20,468 nucleotides of DNA from Candidatus Woesearchaeota archaeon (lineage in GTDB: Archaea; Nanobdellota; Nanobdellia; UBA10117): the NCBI GenBank assembly GCA_964619325.1, contig CAZUEL010000005.1:19770-40237 (forward strand), in the 5' to 3' direction. The notes beneath the pieces are model-generated. The model searched no databases. It worked only from the letters and a program-made list of their open reading frames with translations, and had not been told where the DNA came from. Position numbers and translations under genes: made by a program. Within the stretch, counting starts at the first letter, position 1. Every line of letters begins with the position of its first letter. Shown piece by piece: positions 1 to 8,093 of this stretch.

Positions 1-1260
1 GAGCTTTGTTAATTTAATCTCAATTGAGCTTGCCGGCCCGGTTCCCCAGTTGCGTATTACTGCTGTGACGCTGTTTTCGTTGATGCTGCTGAATTTTACT
101 CCAAGATCTGGCAGCTTTACACCGCACTTTTGGCCGGGCGGCACCTGAGGCAGTATTGTGGACTCGCACGCCTCGATAACCGGCGCGATCGGCTTGCCAC
201 AGCCGTCGATGTTAACACAATTCTTTGTAAGATTGCCGAGCCTGCATGGCCCGGTCACGCACGATAGTTTTGGCTGCTGGCCGACACAATTTAATGTTGC
301 GGCCTTGTCGCAGTTTTGTGTCTCGGCTGGTTTTATGTCTGCCTTGCCACAGCCGTTCTTCTCCGCACAGATGCGGGTCTGCTTGCCTTTGTTGCATGCA
401 GTCCACTCGGTGCACTCCCACTCACAAACTGTTACTGGATTTGCAACAATGCTATTATCTGGGCAGGCGCAGCCGCACACTTCTGGCGGGCAGACTGGGT
501 CAGGAAGCCCTGGCTTAACGAGCGTTTTTATGTCAAGCGGGCTCTTGCAGCCGCCGCAATTGTAAGTGGTCTGCGGCACTTCCTGGTTGCACTCCGTTTT
601 GCAAAATACTTCTGTGTTGGATAGTAGTTGCCGTAAGTTGCCGATGTCAGTAGTTTCAAAGCAGTCCTTCAGCACCGCGCCCTCGCATTCTGCAGAGTCA
701 TCGTTGTTTGACTCGGATGCTTCGCCATATTTGTTTTTTGCGTCAACAACAACTTTGTATGTGCCGCGCGCGATTGGGTAGTCAATGGTAGATGGGAAAT
801 CACCAGAAGTGCTCCACGATTCGCCTTGTGTGGTAAAACTACGGACATTACCCTCAATTACCTGTCCGCTCGCCAGCCCCTCATCGCTCAGCTGGCCGCT
901 TGCCTGTTCATCTATTGCGCCGTTGGTTGCCGGCGGGCCGGATACAATGACATCAATCGCCTTTCCTTTTTTTACATCTGTCTTGCCAGCACTAATTATT
1001 TTGTAGTTCAGTTTACTGAGTTGCACCGCGCCGAGTTTTCTGTCAGCAGGAGTTTCGAGTGTACAGGAGAGGTCTTGCAGTGAGAGGTCTGACTTTGAAA
1101 ACAGGGCGGGCTTGCCAACATTCGTGCTAATACCTTTTGTGTTTTTTATATTCAGCGAGATGTTCGGCGAGACAACCCAGTACACTAACATCACAACTAT
1201 TAGTGCAGCAAAGACCGCGATCAACATCAACAGAAATCCCTTCTTGCCTCCAAACGCCAT
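1..1260 (-). CDS. Partial (C-terminus beyond the window edge) membrane-anchored, cysteine-rich surface protein with Ig/CARDB-like segments and W/C-rich modules
   Basis: This ORF is absent from the supplied track because it runs off the window. I translated the reverse complement codon by codon from the ATG (complement of 1258-1260) to base 1 and found 420 sense codons with no stop. The N-terminus MAFGGKKGFLLMLIAVFAALIVVMLVYWVV is a signal anchor. Cys/Trp modules include VCEWECTEWTACNKGKQTRICAEKNGCGK and CVNIDGCGKPIAPVIEAC. The terminal segment NSVTAVIRNWGTGPASSIEIKL resembles a CARDB-type strand pattern. A TATA-like TTTATAA (complement of 1284-1290) lies about 24 nt upstream of the ATG. Confidence 0.65.
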   Translation of the reverse strand, partial: MAFGGKKGFLLMLIAVFAALIVVMLVYWVVSPNISLNIKNTKGISTNVGKPALFSKSDLSLQDLSCTLETPADRKLGAVQLSKLNYKIISAGKTDVKKGKAIDVIVSGPPATNGAIDEQASGQLSDEGLASGQVIEGNVRSFTTQGESWSTSGDFPSTIDYPIARGTYKVVVDAKNKYGEASESNNDDSAECEGAVLKDCFETTDIGNLRQLLSNTEVFCKTECNQEVPQTTYNCGGCKSPLDIKTLVKPGLPDPVCPPEVCGCACPDNSIVANPVTVCEWECTEWTACNKGKQTRICAEKNGCGKADIKPAETQNCDKAATLNCVGQQPKLSCVTGPCRLGNLTKNCVNIDGCGKPIAPVIEACESTILPQVPPGQKCGVKLPDLGVKFSSINENSVTAVIRNWGTGPASSIEIKLTKL

Positions 1261-1432
1261 GCCAGCAAAATAATAATTCGAACTTATAAATTTAACCCTC
1301 CGAATGTGGGTTAAATGAATGGAAAATTGGCCTTATTGTGCATACTAAAGTGGACGGCCAATTTTTCATAAACTTAACGCCAAATTATGCAAAGAGTTAT
1401 AAACAACTAAACTTACATTCGCTTGAGGTTGG

Positions 1433-2257
1433 ATGGCCAAACGTAATTCTATTAATATTGGTGTCTTGATTTTAGTAGTTGTGCTCGCGGTCGGGGTGCT
1501 AGCAGTGGTCTCTACTGGGGCGGTAGCCGCAAATGGCAGCGTCACCGTCACGTGTTCCGATACAGACGGCGGGCAGGCACCGTTTATGAAAGGTACCTGC
1601 ACTGGCAAGGATGCGTATGGTGGCCGGCCCGCGCAGATAGGCTCTTGGACGGACAGCTGTGATTCTCCTTCTATACTTGTGGAATGGTATTGCGACAACA
1701 CAGGCAAGTACTGCAATAAGATGAGTTACGCCGTTACCGGTCTTACTTGCGTCGACGGTGCGCTTGTCCAAAGTTGTACTCCGACGAACGGCGGCGTAGA
1801 AATCTGCGGAAATGGGATTGATGAAGATTGCAGCGGGGCGGATTTGGCCTGTCCAGTAACAACTGGTTGCACAGACGCGGACGCAGATGGTTATGGCGCT
1901 GCAGGCACGGACCTCGTGGGCTGTAGTGCAAGTACAACACTAGCAGACTGCAATGATGCAAATCCAAATGTACATCCCGGTGCTGCAGAAATTTGTGGCG
2001 ATGGGTTTGACCAGGACTGCGACGGCGCGGACGCGGTCTGTCCGACGGCAAACTGCACAGATACAGACGGCGGGCAAGACTTCTTTACTAAAGGCACGTG
2101 CACGGGCTCGTCTGGCGTTGCATACACCGATTCTTGTTATGCCGGTAAATTAAAGGAATATTATTGCAAGGCCGCAGGTAGCGGCGATTATTGCGAAATA
2201 GTATATTATAATTCCTATGCGGGCAAGTGTATGAAGGGCGCATGGATAAATTCATGA
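1433..2257 (+). CDS. Secreted or anchored cysteine-rich protein with two MopE-type putative metal-binding motifs flanked by duplicated DTDGG...KGTCTG modules
   Basis: This is a 274-aa ORF. The hydrophobic N-terminus is NSINIGVLILVVVLAVGVLAVV. CGNGIDEDCSGADLAC and DCNDANPNVHPGAAEICGDGFDQDCDGADAVC match the DCxDxxxxxxPGAxExCdGiDxDCdG pattern of the putative metal-binding (MopE-like) repeat. The N- and C-terminal modules are paralogous (CSDTDGGQAPFMKGTCTG... versus CTDTDGGQDFFTKGTCTG...), and a 17-nt identical DNA stretch, gatacagacggcgggca, occurs near 1559 and near 2060. Confidence 0.75.
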   Translation: MAKRNSINIGVLILVVVLAVGVLAVVSTGAVAANGSVTVTCSDTDGGQAPFMKGTCTGKDAYGGRPAQIGSWTDSCDSPSILVEWYCDNTGKYCNKMSYAVTGLTCVDGALVQSCTPTNGGVEICGNGIDEDCSGADLACPVTTGCTDADADGYGAAGTDLVGCSASTTLADCNDANPNVHPGAAEICGDGFDQDCDGADAVCPTANCTDTDGGQDFFTKGTCTGSSGVAYTDSCYAGKLKEYYCKAAGSGDYCEIVYYNSYAGKCMKGAWINS

Positions 2258-2264
2258 TCGCGCA

Positions 2265-2272
2265 AGCCAAAG
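2265..2272 (+). promoter_or_regulatory. TATA-box-like element (TTTTAAAC) for the pilin operon
   Basis: The element sits about 31 nt upstream of the ATG at 2303, which is consistent with a leaderless or near-leaderless archaeal transcript. The same TTTAAA core recurs upstream of other genes and tRNAs in this window. Confidence 0.4.
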
Positions 2273-2302
2273 GGTTTTAAACAAGATTTGTAATTTGCAG
2301 TT

Positions 2303-2728
2303 ATGGAGGTAGCAGCTGCCGGCAAGGCACAGGCCGGCTTGGAGTATTTAATTATAACCGGGATCTTGCTGGCATTTCTTACAACCGCGGTAATTTACAT
2401 CCAGGCGCAGTCCGCGGACACGATACGGACAACTCAGGCAAAGGATGCAGTGCGTGAGATCGCGGCAGGCGCTGACAGGGCGGCTGCGCTTGGACCCGGA
2501 ACAAAAACATTCGTGTTTGTTACGCTTCCGGATGGAATGGTTTCTGCGTCTGTGTCATCGCATGAGATAAGCATTAGGCTTGCCCTCTCTGTGGCAGAAA
2601 CAGACACGTTTGAAACAACAGACGCTAATATGATTGGTGCGCTGCCACTGCAGTCCGGCGTACAAAAAGTCAAGATAGAAGTCCTGCCCTCTGGGGTAGT
2701 TCAGATTACAGGAAATATTACGGAGTAA
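2303..2728 (+). CDS. Archaeal type IV prepilin-like protein (class III signal peptide, DUF361-like)
   Basis: The N-terminus MEVAAAGKAQAGLEYLIITGILLAFLTTAVIY has a short charged leader, a K-A/Q junction, and a hydrophobic helix with Glu at about +5. This is typical of PibD/EppA-processed archaeal pilins. It is the first gene of a tightly packed operon. Confidence 0.8.
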   Translation: MEVAAAGKAQAGLEYLIITGILLAFLTTAVIYIQAQSADTIRTTQAKDAVREIAAGADRAAALGPGTKTFVFVTLPDGMVSASVSSHEISIRLALSVAETDTFETTDANMIGALPLQSGVQKVKIEVLPSGVVQITGNITE

Positions 2729-2729
2729 G

Positions 2730-3149
2730 ATGTTTAACAATACGAACGCGCAGAGCGGACTCGAAGCGATGTTTGCAATTTCGGCACTCATTGTTATGTT
2801 TGGATTTGTGGCGGGCTTCGTGTACAGTCAGACCGCGTCTAACACGGAGCTTGATGAGAGCCTGAAAGTGCTGAACAGCTGCTGGCGATTTGCGAACACC
2901 GCGGACTCAGTTTTTGCGTCCAGTGATGGCACAGAAATCAATGCAACATTTGTAAATGTTAACTTCACGCTCTTCCCGGCCAGCAGGTTCGTGCGCGCGG
3001 ATTCAGAGGCATTTGAACAAACCGAGTTTTGTACCACGCGGTCAAATAGATTTTCAAGCTCCAAGACGCAGGTCGTGAACTTCACGCTAAAATCCGGGGC
3101 GATAATTTTCAAGAAAGATGGCAACATGGTGGTGGTAAGGCATGCATAG
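2730..3149 (+). CDS. Prepilin-like protein (class III signal-peptide-like N-terminus)
   Basis: The N-terminus is MFNNTNAQSGLEAMFAISALIVMFGFVAGFVY (A/Q-S-G-L-E followed by a hydrophobic helix). The start lies 1 nt after the upstream stop codon. Confidence 0.65.
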   Translation: MFNNTNAQSGLEAMFAISALIVMFGFVAGFVYSQTASNTELDESLKVLNSCWRFANTADSVFASSDGTEINATFVNVNFTLFPASRFVRADSEAFEQTEFCTTRSNRFSSSKTQVVNFTLKSGAIIFKKDGNMVVVRHA

Positions 3150-3651
3150 CCCTCGCATTAAAAATGTCCGGGGCCAGGTCAGCCTAGACTTGATTATATC
3201 TGTCTCGCTATTTTTTATTTTTTTCATATTTGTCCTGGCGATACTCTCGCAGTTTGATGTCCGATTTAGCACAGGCAGGACCGTGGCCGACCTCGAGCGC
3301 AAAGCGATAGGTATCTCAGACCTTTTTGTCCAGAGCCCCGGCTACCCTTCCGGGTGGGATCGAGATACTAGCACCGCACAGGTGCTTGGCTTGTCACAGA
3401 ATGACCACGAGGTTGATGCGGACAAAGTGACAGTGCTGAAAAATCTTGCAGACACAGATTACGGAAAGTTTCGGCAGCTGCTCGGTGCCGAGGACAGCGA
3501 GGTTTATTTCAGTGTTAAATATCTTAATGCGTCTGTAATTAAGCAGGCCGGCAACTTCTCAAGCGGAACTGTACATCAGATAGTTTTGCAGAGGCGAGTC
3601 CTTTATTCCGGTGCATGGGCGATACTTGAGGTGGGCGTATGGCACACATAA
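3142..3651 (+). CDS. Prepilin-like protein (class III signal peptide)
   Basis: The N-terminus MHSPRIKNVRGQVSLDLIISVSLFFIFFIFVLAIL has a canonical R-G/Q junction followed by a hydrophobic helix. It overlaps the upstream gene by 8 nt. Confidence 0.75.
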   Translation: MHSPRIKNVRGQVSLDLIISVSLFFIFFIFVLAILSQFDVRFSTGRTVADLERKAIGISDLFVQSPGYPSGWDRDTSTAQVLGLSQNDHEVDADKVTVLKNLADTDYGKFRQLLGAEDSEVYFSVKYLNASVIKQAGNFSSGTVHQIVLQRRVLYSGAWAILEVGVWHT

Positions 3652-4250
3652 ACAAACGCGGTTTTGCATTTACGCTAGACGTGGCAATCGCGTTCACGGT
3701 GTTCGTGCTCTTCCTCGCGCTGATAGGTTATCTGTTTTCGCGGGCGCCCGAAGACCCGGTGGCGAGCCTGCAGATGCAGCGCGCTGCGGATGATGTTCTT
3801 ACAGTGCTGGATAAATCCGGCTCGCTGCAGACATTTAATGAAAATAGTATTGAAGATGATCTCATCGCGCTCGCACCGCCGCAGTATGGCATGCTCGTGG
3901 TCGTGACAAAGTACACGGTCAAGAATGCCGGAGGCGGTGGCGGAGGCGGCGGCTCGGGCAGGCACCACGACCCATGCGTAAGCGACTCAGACTGCGGAGC
4001 CAGCGCATCAGTCTGTTGTAATGTTGAATCCCATGGCGGGTATGTGTGCGAGCTTGCAGGCCACCACGACTGCGCGGCTGTCTCGTCAAAATCACAATTC
4101 ACGATTAGCACCGAAGGCGATGATGCAGAGGCACAGCAGGCAATGGCTGCGGAAAACAAGGTATATGCTGGCCAGCGGACGTTCATCAACATCAAAAACA
4201 AAAAAGATCTCGAGTTCGGGATCGCGGATTACTACATATGGCTTCAGTAA
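3639..4250 (+). CDS. Prepilin-like protein carrying a Gly8 linker and a six-cysteine mini-domain
   Basis: The N-terminus is MAHINKRGFAFTLDVAIAFTVFVLFLALIGY (R-G/F junction plus hydrophobic helix). Internally there is GGGGGGGG (3930-3953), then RHHDPCVSDSDCGASASVCCNVESHGGYVCELAGHHDC. It overlaps the upstream gene by 13 nt. Confidence 0.7.
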   Translation: MAHINKRGFAFTLDVAIAFTVFVLFLALIGYLFSRAPEDPVASLQMQRAADDVLTVLDKSGSLQTFNENSIEDDLIALAPPQYGMLVVVTKYTVKNAGGGGGGGGSGRHHDPCVSDSDCGASASVCCNVESHGGYVCELAGHHDCAAVSSKSQFTISTEGDDAEAQQAMAAENKVYAGQRTFINIKNKKDLEFGIADYYIWLQ

Positions 4251-5107
4251 AAACTAAAATGATAAACAAAAAGGGAATATTCAACACGATAATGTTGACA
4301 AGCATAGCACTCACGCTCCTGGCACTGTCTCTGGTAGTGTTGCAGTCAAGGCAGGACCTCTCTGAATCTGCGCGGGAGCTTGCACTAACAGAACGTATTA
4401 ACAACATAAATTCCGCGGTCAGTTTTTCGCTTTACAAACTGCTGAACAGCTCATCAGACATTGTGGTTGACGTTCAGCCGCTGTTTGTGAGTTTTACGGA
4501 AACTCTATCGGATAAGCAGAACAAATATTTTGCCGGCCTTGTGGCAAATTACGAAGTGCTGTTGGAAAATTATACAAATGGCACGGAGCTTGACACGTCA
4601 CAATTTGCCAACACGCTTCCGATAACAATCATGCCGCACAACATCGTCTACTCACACCCGCGCGGCCTTGGTGACAATATAATACGTTTGACGCCAGTTG
4701 ATCTGAACTTCGTAAAGTACGACATTAATGTATCATCTATAAACTATGACATTGATCAAACAAAATGTGTTTCAAAATTTGTGTCGGGCAGCAAGCAAAT
4801 ATCTGCAAAAATTACCGGCCCAAATAAGGAGAGCTGTTCGTACTTGGGTTCATTTGATCCCACTGTGGCAAACAACCTTACCGCACAGACAACCGGCAAA
4901 AAAGAAATCATAATAAGAATTCTTGCAAACACAAACGGCACGCTTGAGGTTGAGGACGTGAAGTCGGTCAAAGTGGATGTCAAGACAGGCGTAACATTGG
5001 ACGAACTGGACAATGGTAACATAGACATTTTATACACTGGTGGCGTACTATCCATAGATTTGGGAGGTTTGGGCGCGATAAAGAACGGCTCTATAAAACT
5101 CAGGTAA
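4238..5107 (+). CDS. Large prepilin-like or pilus-associated protein
   Basis: The N-terminus is MASVKTKMINKKGIFNTIMLTSIALTLLALSLVVL (K-K-G/I junction plus hydrophobic helix). The 289-aa body is Asn/Ser/Thr-rich with several N-x-S/T sequons. It overlaps the upstream gene by 13 nt. Confidence 0.65.
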   Translation: MASVKTKMINKKGIFNTIMLTSIALTLLALSLVVLQSRQDLSESARELALTERINNINSAVSFSLYKLLNSSSDIVVDVQPLFVSFTETLSDKQNKYFAGLVANYEVLLENYTNGTELDTSQFANTLPITIMPHNIVYSHPRGLGDNIIRLTPVDLNFVKYDINVSSINYDIDQTKCVSKFVSGSKQISAKITGPNKESCSYLGSFDPTVANNLTAQTTGKKEIIIRILANTNGTLEVEDVKSVKVDVKTGVTLDELDNGNIDILYTGGVLSIDLGGLGAIKNGSIKLR

Positions 5108-5700
5108 TGGCCAGCAAGAAAAAATTGCGTAAAACAGGTAGGCGGAGACCGGCAAGAAACCTTTTATCCAAAGTTAAACCCGCCGTTGGGCGGAAAGTGA
5201 GGGGTGCTAAGAAATCAGGCTTATTCTGGAAGTTGTTCAAAAAACAAAAAGATGCGGGCCTGGCGGTGCAGGCGCAGCCTAGAGCGCCGCAACGGGTTAG
5301 AAATATCAGAAGCCAGCTCGATGAACTGCTCGAGTTGGTAAATGAAAAAGGCAGGATTACGTTGAGCGAAATATCATCAAAATTTAAGATTGACCACACA
5401 CTTGCGGAAAGCTGGGCAAAGATTTTGGAGGACGCAAAGCTGGCCGAGCTACACTATCCCGCGGTGGGCGAGCCAGACCTGATAAAGGCGGGCTACGATG
5501 AAGAACAGAGAAAAGCGGTAGAAAAGAAAAAGGCCGAGGCGAAAGCCAAACCGTTCTTCAAGTTTTCGTTTGGCGGACCCAAGATGGTAACAGAAGCCGC
5601 GAAAAAGCCAGTAATTGCCGCCGCGCGCAAGCGGCAATCAAATAAGTCAAACAAATCTAATAAAAACGGGAGGAAGGGCGTATGGCCGTGGAAGTTCTAG
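5107..5700 (+). CDS. Basic protein of unknown function with a central helical, possibly winged-helix, segment; it occupies the accessory 'X' position upstream of the pilus ATPase
   Basis: The ATG shares its A with the upstream TAA (gtaATGg). It has Lys/Arg-rich N- and C-terminal tails (MASKKKLRKTGRRRPARN... and ...RKRQSNKSNKSNKNGRKG). The central segment is LDELLELVNEKGRITLSEISSKFKIDHTLAESWAKILEDAKLAELHY. It overlaps the ATPase gene by 19 nt. Confidence 0.6.
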   Translation: MASKKKLRKTGRRRPARNLLSKVKPAVGRKVRGAKKSGLFWKLFKKQKDAGLAVQAQPRAPQRVRNIRSQLDELLELVNEKGRITLSEISSKFKIDHTLAESWAKILEDAKLAELHYPAVGEPDLIKAGYDEEQRKAVEKKKAEAKAKPFFKFSFGGPKMVTEAAKKPVIAAARKRQSNKSNKSNKNGRKGVWPWKF

Positions 5701-7199
5701 AAAAATATTCTGTGAGCCTGCAGGGCGCGACAGCACAGATTACGATAGTCCGCGGAAAAGATTACGCTGCAACTTATGAGATAGCGCTGCCCAGCATTGA
5801 GGCCGGCACGAAGGCGCTGCTATCTAGTATAAAGGATAAGCTCGTTACCGAGATCACCGTGGCACCGCGTGAGATTTTTGACCCAAAGACCGTTGACGTA
5901 CTGAGAGACCAGTTCAGTGAGCGGGCAGGCAAGCTTCTCACCGAGAGTGTTCCCGGGCTGTCGGAGCAAGACAAGACGCAGATGATAGTCTACCTGCTCA
6001 ATGAGACACTCGGTTTAGGAATTTTAGAGTATCTGTTCGCAGATGCATACTTAGAAGAAGTTGTTGTGAACTCATCAAAGGAGCCGGTCTGGATCTACCA
6101 CAAAATTCATGGCTGGCTGAAAACAAACATCACAATTCCCGATGAATCACAGATTGCAAATTACGCATCCATAATCGCCCGCCGTGTTGGCCGGCAGATT
6201 ACCACACTCGACCCGCTGCTCGATGCACACCTCGTAACAGGTGACAGAGCAAATGCGACGCTGTTTCCAATATCCACGCATGGCAACACACTGACGATAA
6301 GAAAGTTTGCAAGGAAACCGTGGACAGTTACAGATTTGATAATTAACAAAACACTTTCTTCGGAAGTTGCGGCACTCATCTGGCTGACCATGCAGTACGA
6401 AGGCAACATAATCGTCTCTGGTGGAACTGCGACAGGCAAGACATCATTCCTGCAAACCTGCCTGCCATTTATACAGCCAAACCACAGAATTATATCCGTC
6501 GAGGATACGCGCGAGTTGCTGCTACCGGAATTTTTGCACTGGGTTCCTATGACTACGAGAGAGGCAAATCCTGAGGGCAAGGGTGAGATAACAATGCTTG
6601 ACCTAGTTTTGAATTCATTGAGAATGAGGCCGGACCGTATTGTGGTCGGCGAGATAAGGCGGAAGGAGCAGGCCGAGGTTCTGTTTGAGGCGATGCACAC
6701 CGGCCACTCTGTTTACAGCACACTGCACGCGGACACCGCAGAGCAGACGATCAGCCGGCTCACGAACCCACCAATCAATGTTCCAAAGACACAGTTAGAC
6801 ATGATAGACCTGCTCGTAGTGATGTTCAGGGACAGGAGAAAAGGTTTCAGGCGTGCAATAGAAATTGCAGAAATAATTTCCGTTGGCGGCGAAGGAAGTG
6901 AGGTAAGCCTGCAGCCCAACATATTATATCGCTGGCGGCCGGCGGGCGACAAGATTGCAGAGCACAAGCCATCAGTCAAGCTGTTTGAGAAGCTCGGCCT
7001 CTACACCGGGCTCTCGGAGACGCAGCTCAAAGAGGACTTGAAAAATAAGCAGAAAATTCTTGAGTGGATGGCCAAAAATAATGTGACTGACCTGCAAATG
7101 GTCGGAAAAATTATGGCCGAGTACTACAAGGATGAGCAGGCAATCATCAGCGCAGCACTCAAAAACAAAAAACCCGAAACGATTTTTGGAGGTGTGTAA
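5682..7199 (+). CDS. Type II/IV secretion-family ATPase (FlaI/TadA/PilB-like) pilus assembly ATPase
   Basis: It carries Walker A GGTATGKTS, an Asp box ISVEDTRELLL, Walker B RPDRIVVGEIR and a His box TGHSVYSTLHAD. The purine-rich stretch gggaggaaggg lies just upstream of the ATG. Confidence 0.95.
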   Translation: MAVEVLEKYSVSLQGATAQITIVRGKDYAATYEIALPSIEAGTKALLSSIKDKLVTEITVAPREIFDPKTVDVLRDQFSERAGKLLTESVPGLSEQDKTQMIVYLLNETLGLGILEYLFADAYLEEVVVNSSKEPVWIYHKIHGWLKTNITIPDESQIANYASIIARRVGRQITTLDPLLDAHLVTGDRANATLFPISTHGNTLTIRKFARKPWTVTDLIINKTLSSEVAALIWLTMQYEGNIIVSGGTATGKTSFLQTCLPFIQPNHRIISVEDTRELLLPEFLHWVPMTTREANPEGKGEITMLDLVLNSLRMRPDRIVVGEIRRKEQAEVLFEAMHTGHSVYSTLHADTAEQTISRLTNPPINVPKTQLDMIDLLVVMFRDRRKGFRRAIEIAEIISVGGEGSEVSLQPNILYRWRPAGDKIAEHKPSVKLFEKLGLYTGLSETQLKEDLKNKQKILEWMAKNNVTDLQMVGKIMAEYYKDEQAIISAALKNKKPETIFGGV

Positions 7200-8093
7200 T
7201 TGGTAAAGGCTGTAAAAATACCATTCCTGCCAGTACCATTGAGAGAGGCAAGGAAGTCCATACATACATTGATTGGGGCAGGAGGAAGGTTAAGCGATCT
7301 CGTCCCAAGCCTTGGTTTTAACCTTAAACAAGCAGACATAGACATAAGCCCACGCGAGTACGCAGCGATAGTTGTGTTTTCAGCAATTTTTTACGGCCTG
7401 ATGTTTACATTCCTATTTCTGTTTTTTGGCATTCTGTTGAAAAATAAAATGTTCATGGGCCTGTCGCCAATGGTAGGCCTACTCGGGGCGTTCATGATAA
7501 CGTTTTATCAGCTGTCCTACCCACGTGTCCTGCTTGCACAGAAAGTTGCGAACGTGGAGCGAAATCTTATTTTTGCGGCCAAGAATCTGCTCGTGCAGGT
7601 TTACGCTGGCATCCCATTATTTGATGCGGTCACAAACATCGCGAACGCAGACTTTGGTGCGGTATCAACAGAGTTCCAGAAAGCGGTGAAGGAGATGAAG
7701 GGTGGCAAGCCAATCGAGCAGGCTCTCGAAGATTTGGCGATGAGAAATCCCTCTATTTATTTCCGGCGCGTGGTTGGGCAGCTTGCCTCTGGGATAAAGT
7801 CCGGCGGCCGGCTTGCGGATGTGCTGCGTTCAATTATTGATTATCTTTCATCAGAACAAATGTTGCAGGTGCGGCGTTATGGCTCTGTATTAAATCCACT
7901 GGCAATGGGCTATATGCTGCTTGCAGTTATACTGCCCGCGCTTGCGGTCACGTTTATGATTGTGTTGGGATCGTTCCCTTCGATAAAGGTTGGCGAGAAC
8001 ACATTCATTGGACTGCTGTTTATCGTGACAGTTTTCCAGATCATGTATCTTGGCATCATGAAATCCAAGAGGCCAAATTTGATAGGTGGTTAA
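7200..8093 (+). CDS. T2SSF-domain pilus platform membrane protein (TadB/TadC / FlaJ-like, single domain)
   Basis: A TTG start immediately follows the ATPase TAA. The cytoplasmic T2SSF-like segment is VYAGIPLFDAVTNIA...MKGGKPIEQALEDLAMRNPS...SGIKSGGRLADVLRSI, flanked by transmembrane helices. Confidence 0.85.
   Translation: MVKAVKIPFLPVPLREARKSIHTLIGAGGRLSDLVPSLGFNLKQADIDISPREYAAIVVFSAIFYGLMFTFLFLFFGILLKNKMFMGLSPMVGLLGAFMITFYQLSYPRVLLAQKVANVERNLIFAAKNLLVQVYAGIPLFDAVTNIANADFGAVSTEFQKAVKEMKGGKPIEQALEDLAMRNPSIYFRRVVGQLASGIKSGGRLADVLRSIIDYLSSEQMLQVRRYGSVLNPLAMGYMLLAVILPALAVTFMIVLGSFPSIKVGENTFIGLLFIVTVFQIMYLGIMKSKRPNLIGG

Noticed and set aside
158-1083. Several + strand track ORFs (158-565, 246-518, 316-624, 566-781, 785-1006, 826-1083)
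   Set aside because: All are shadows of the 420-codon minus-strand ORF that spans 1-1260. Their peptides are compositionally odd (Cys/His/Leu-rich runs) and they mutually overlap.
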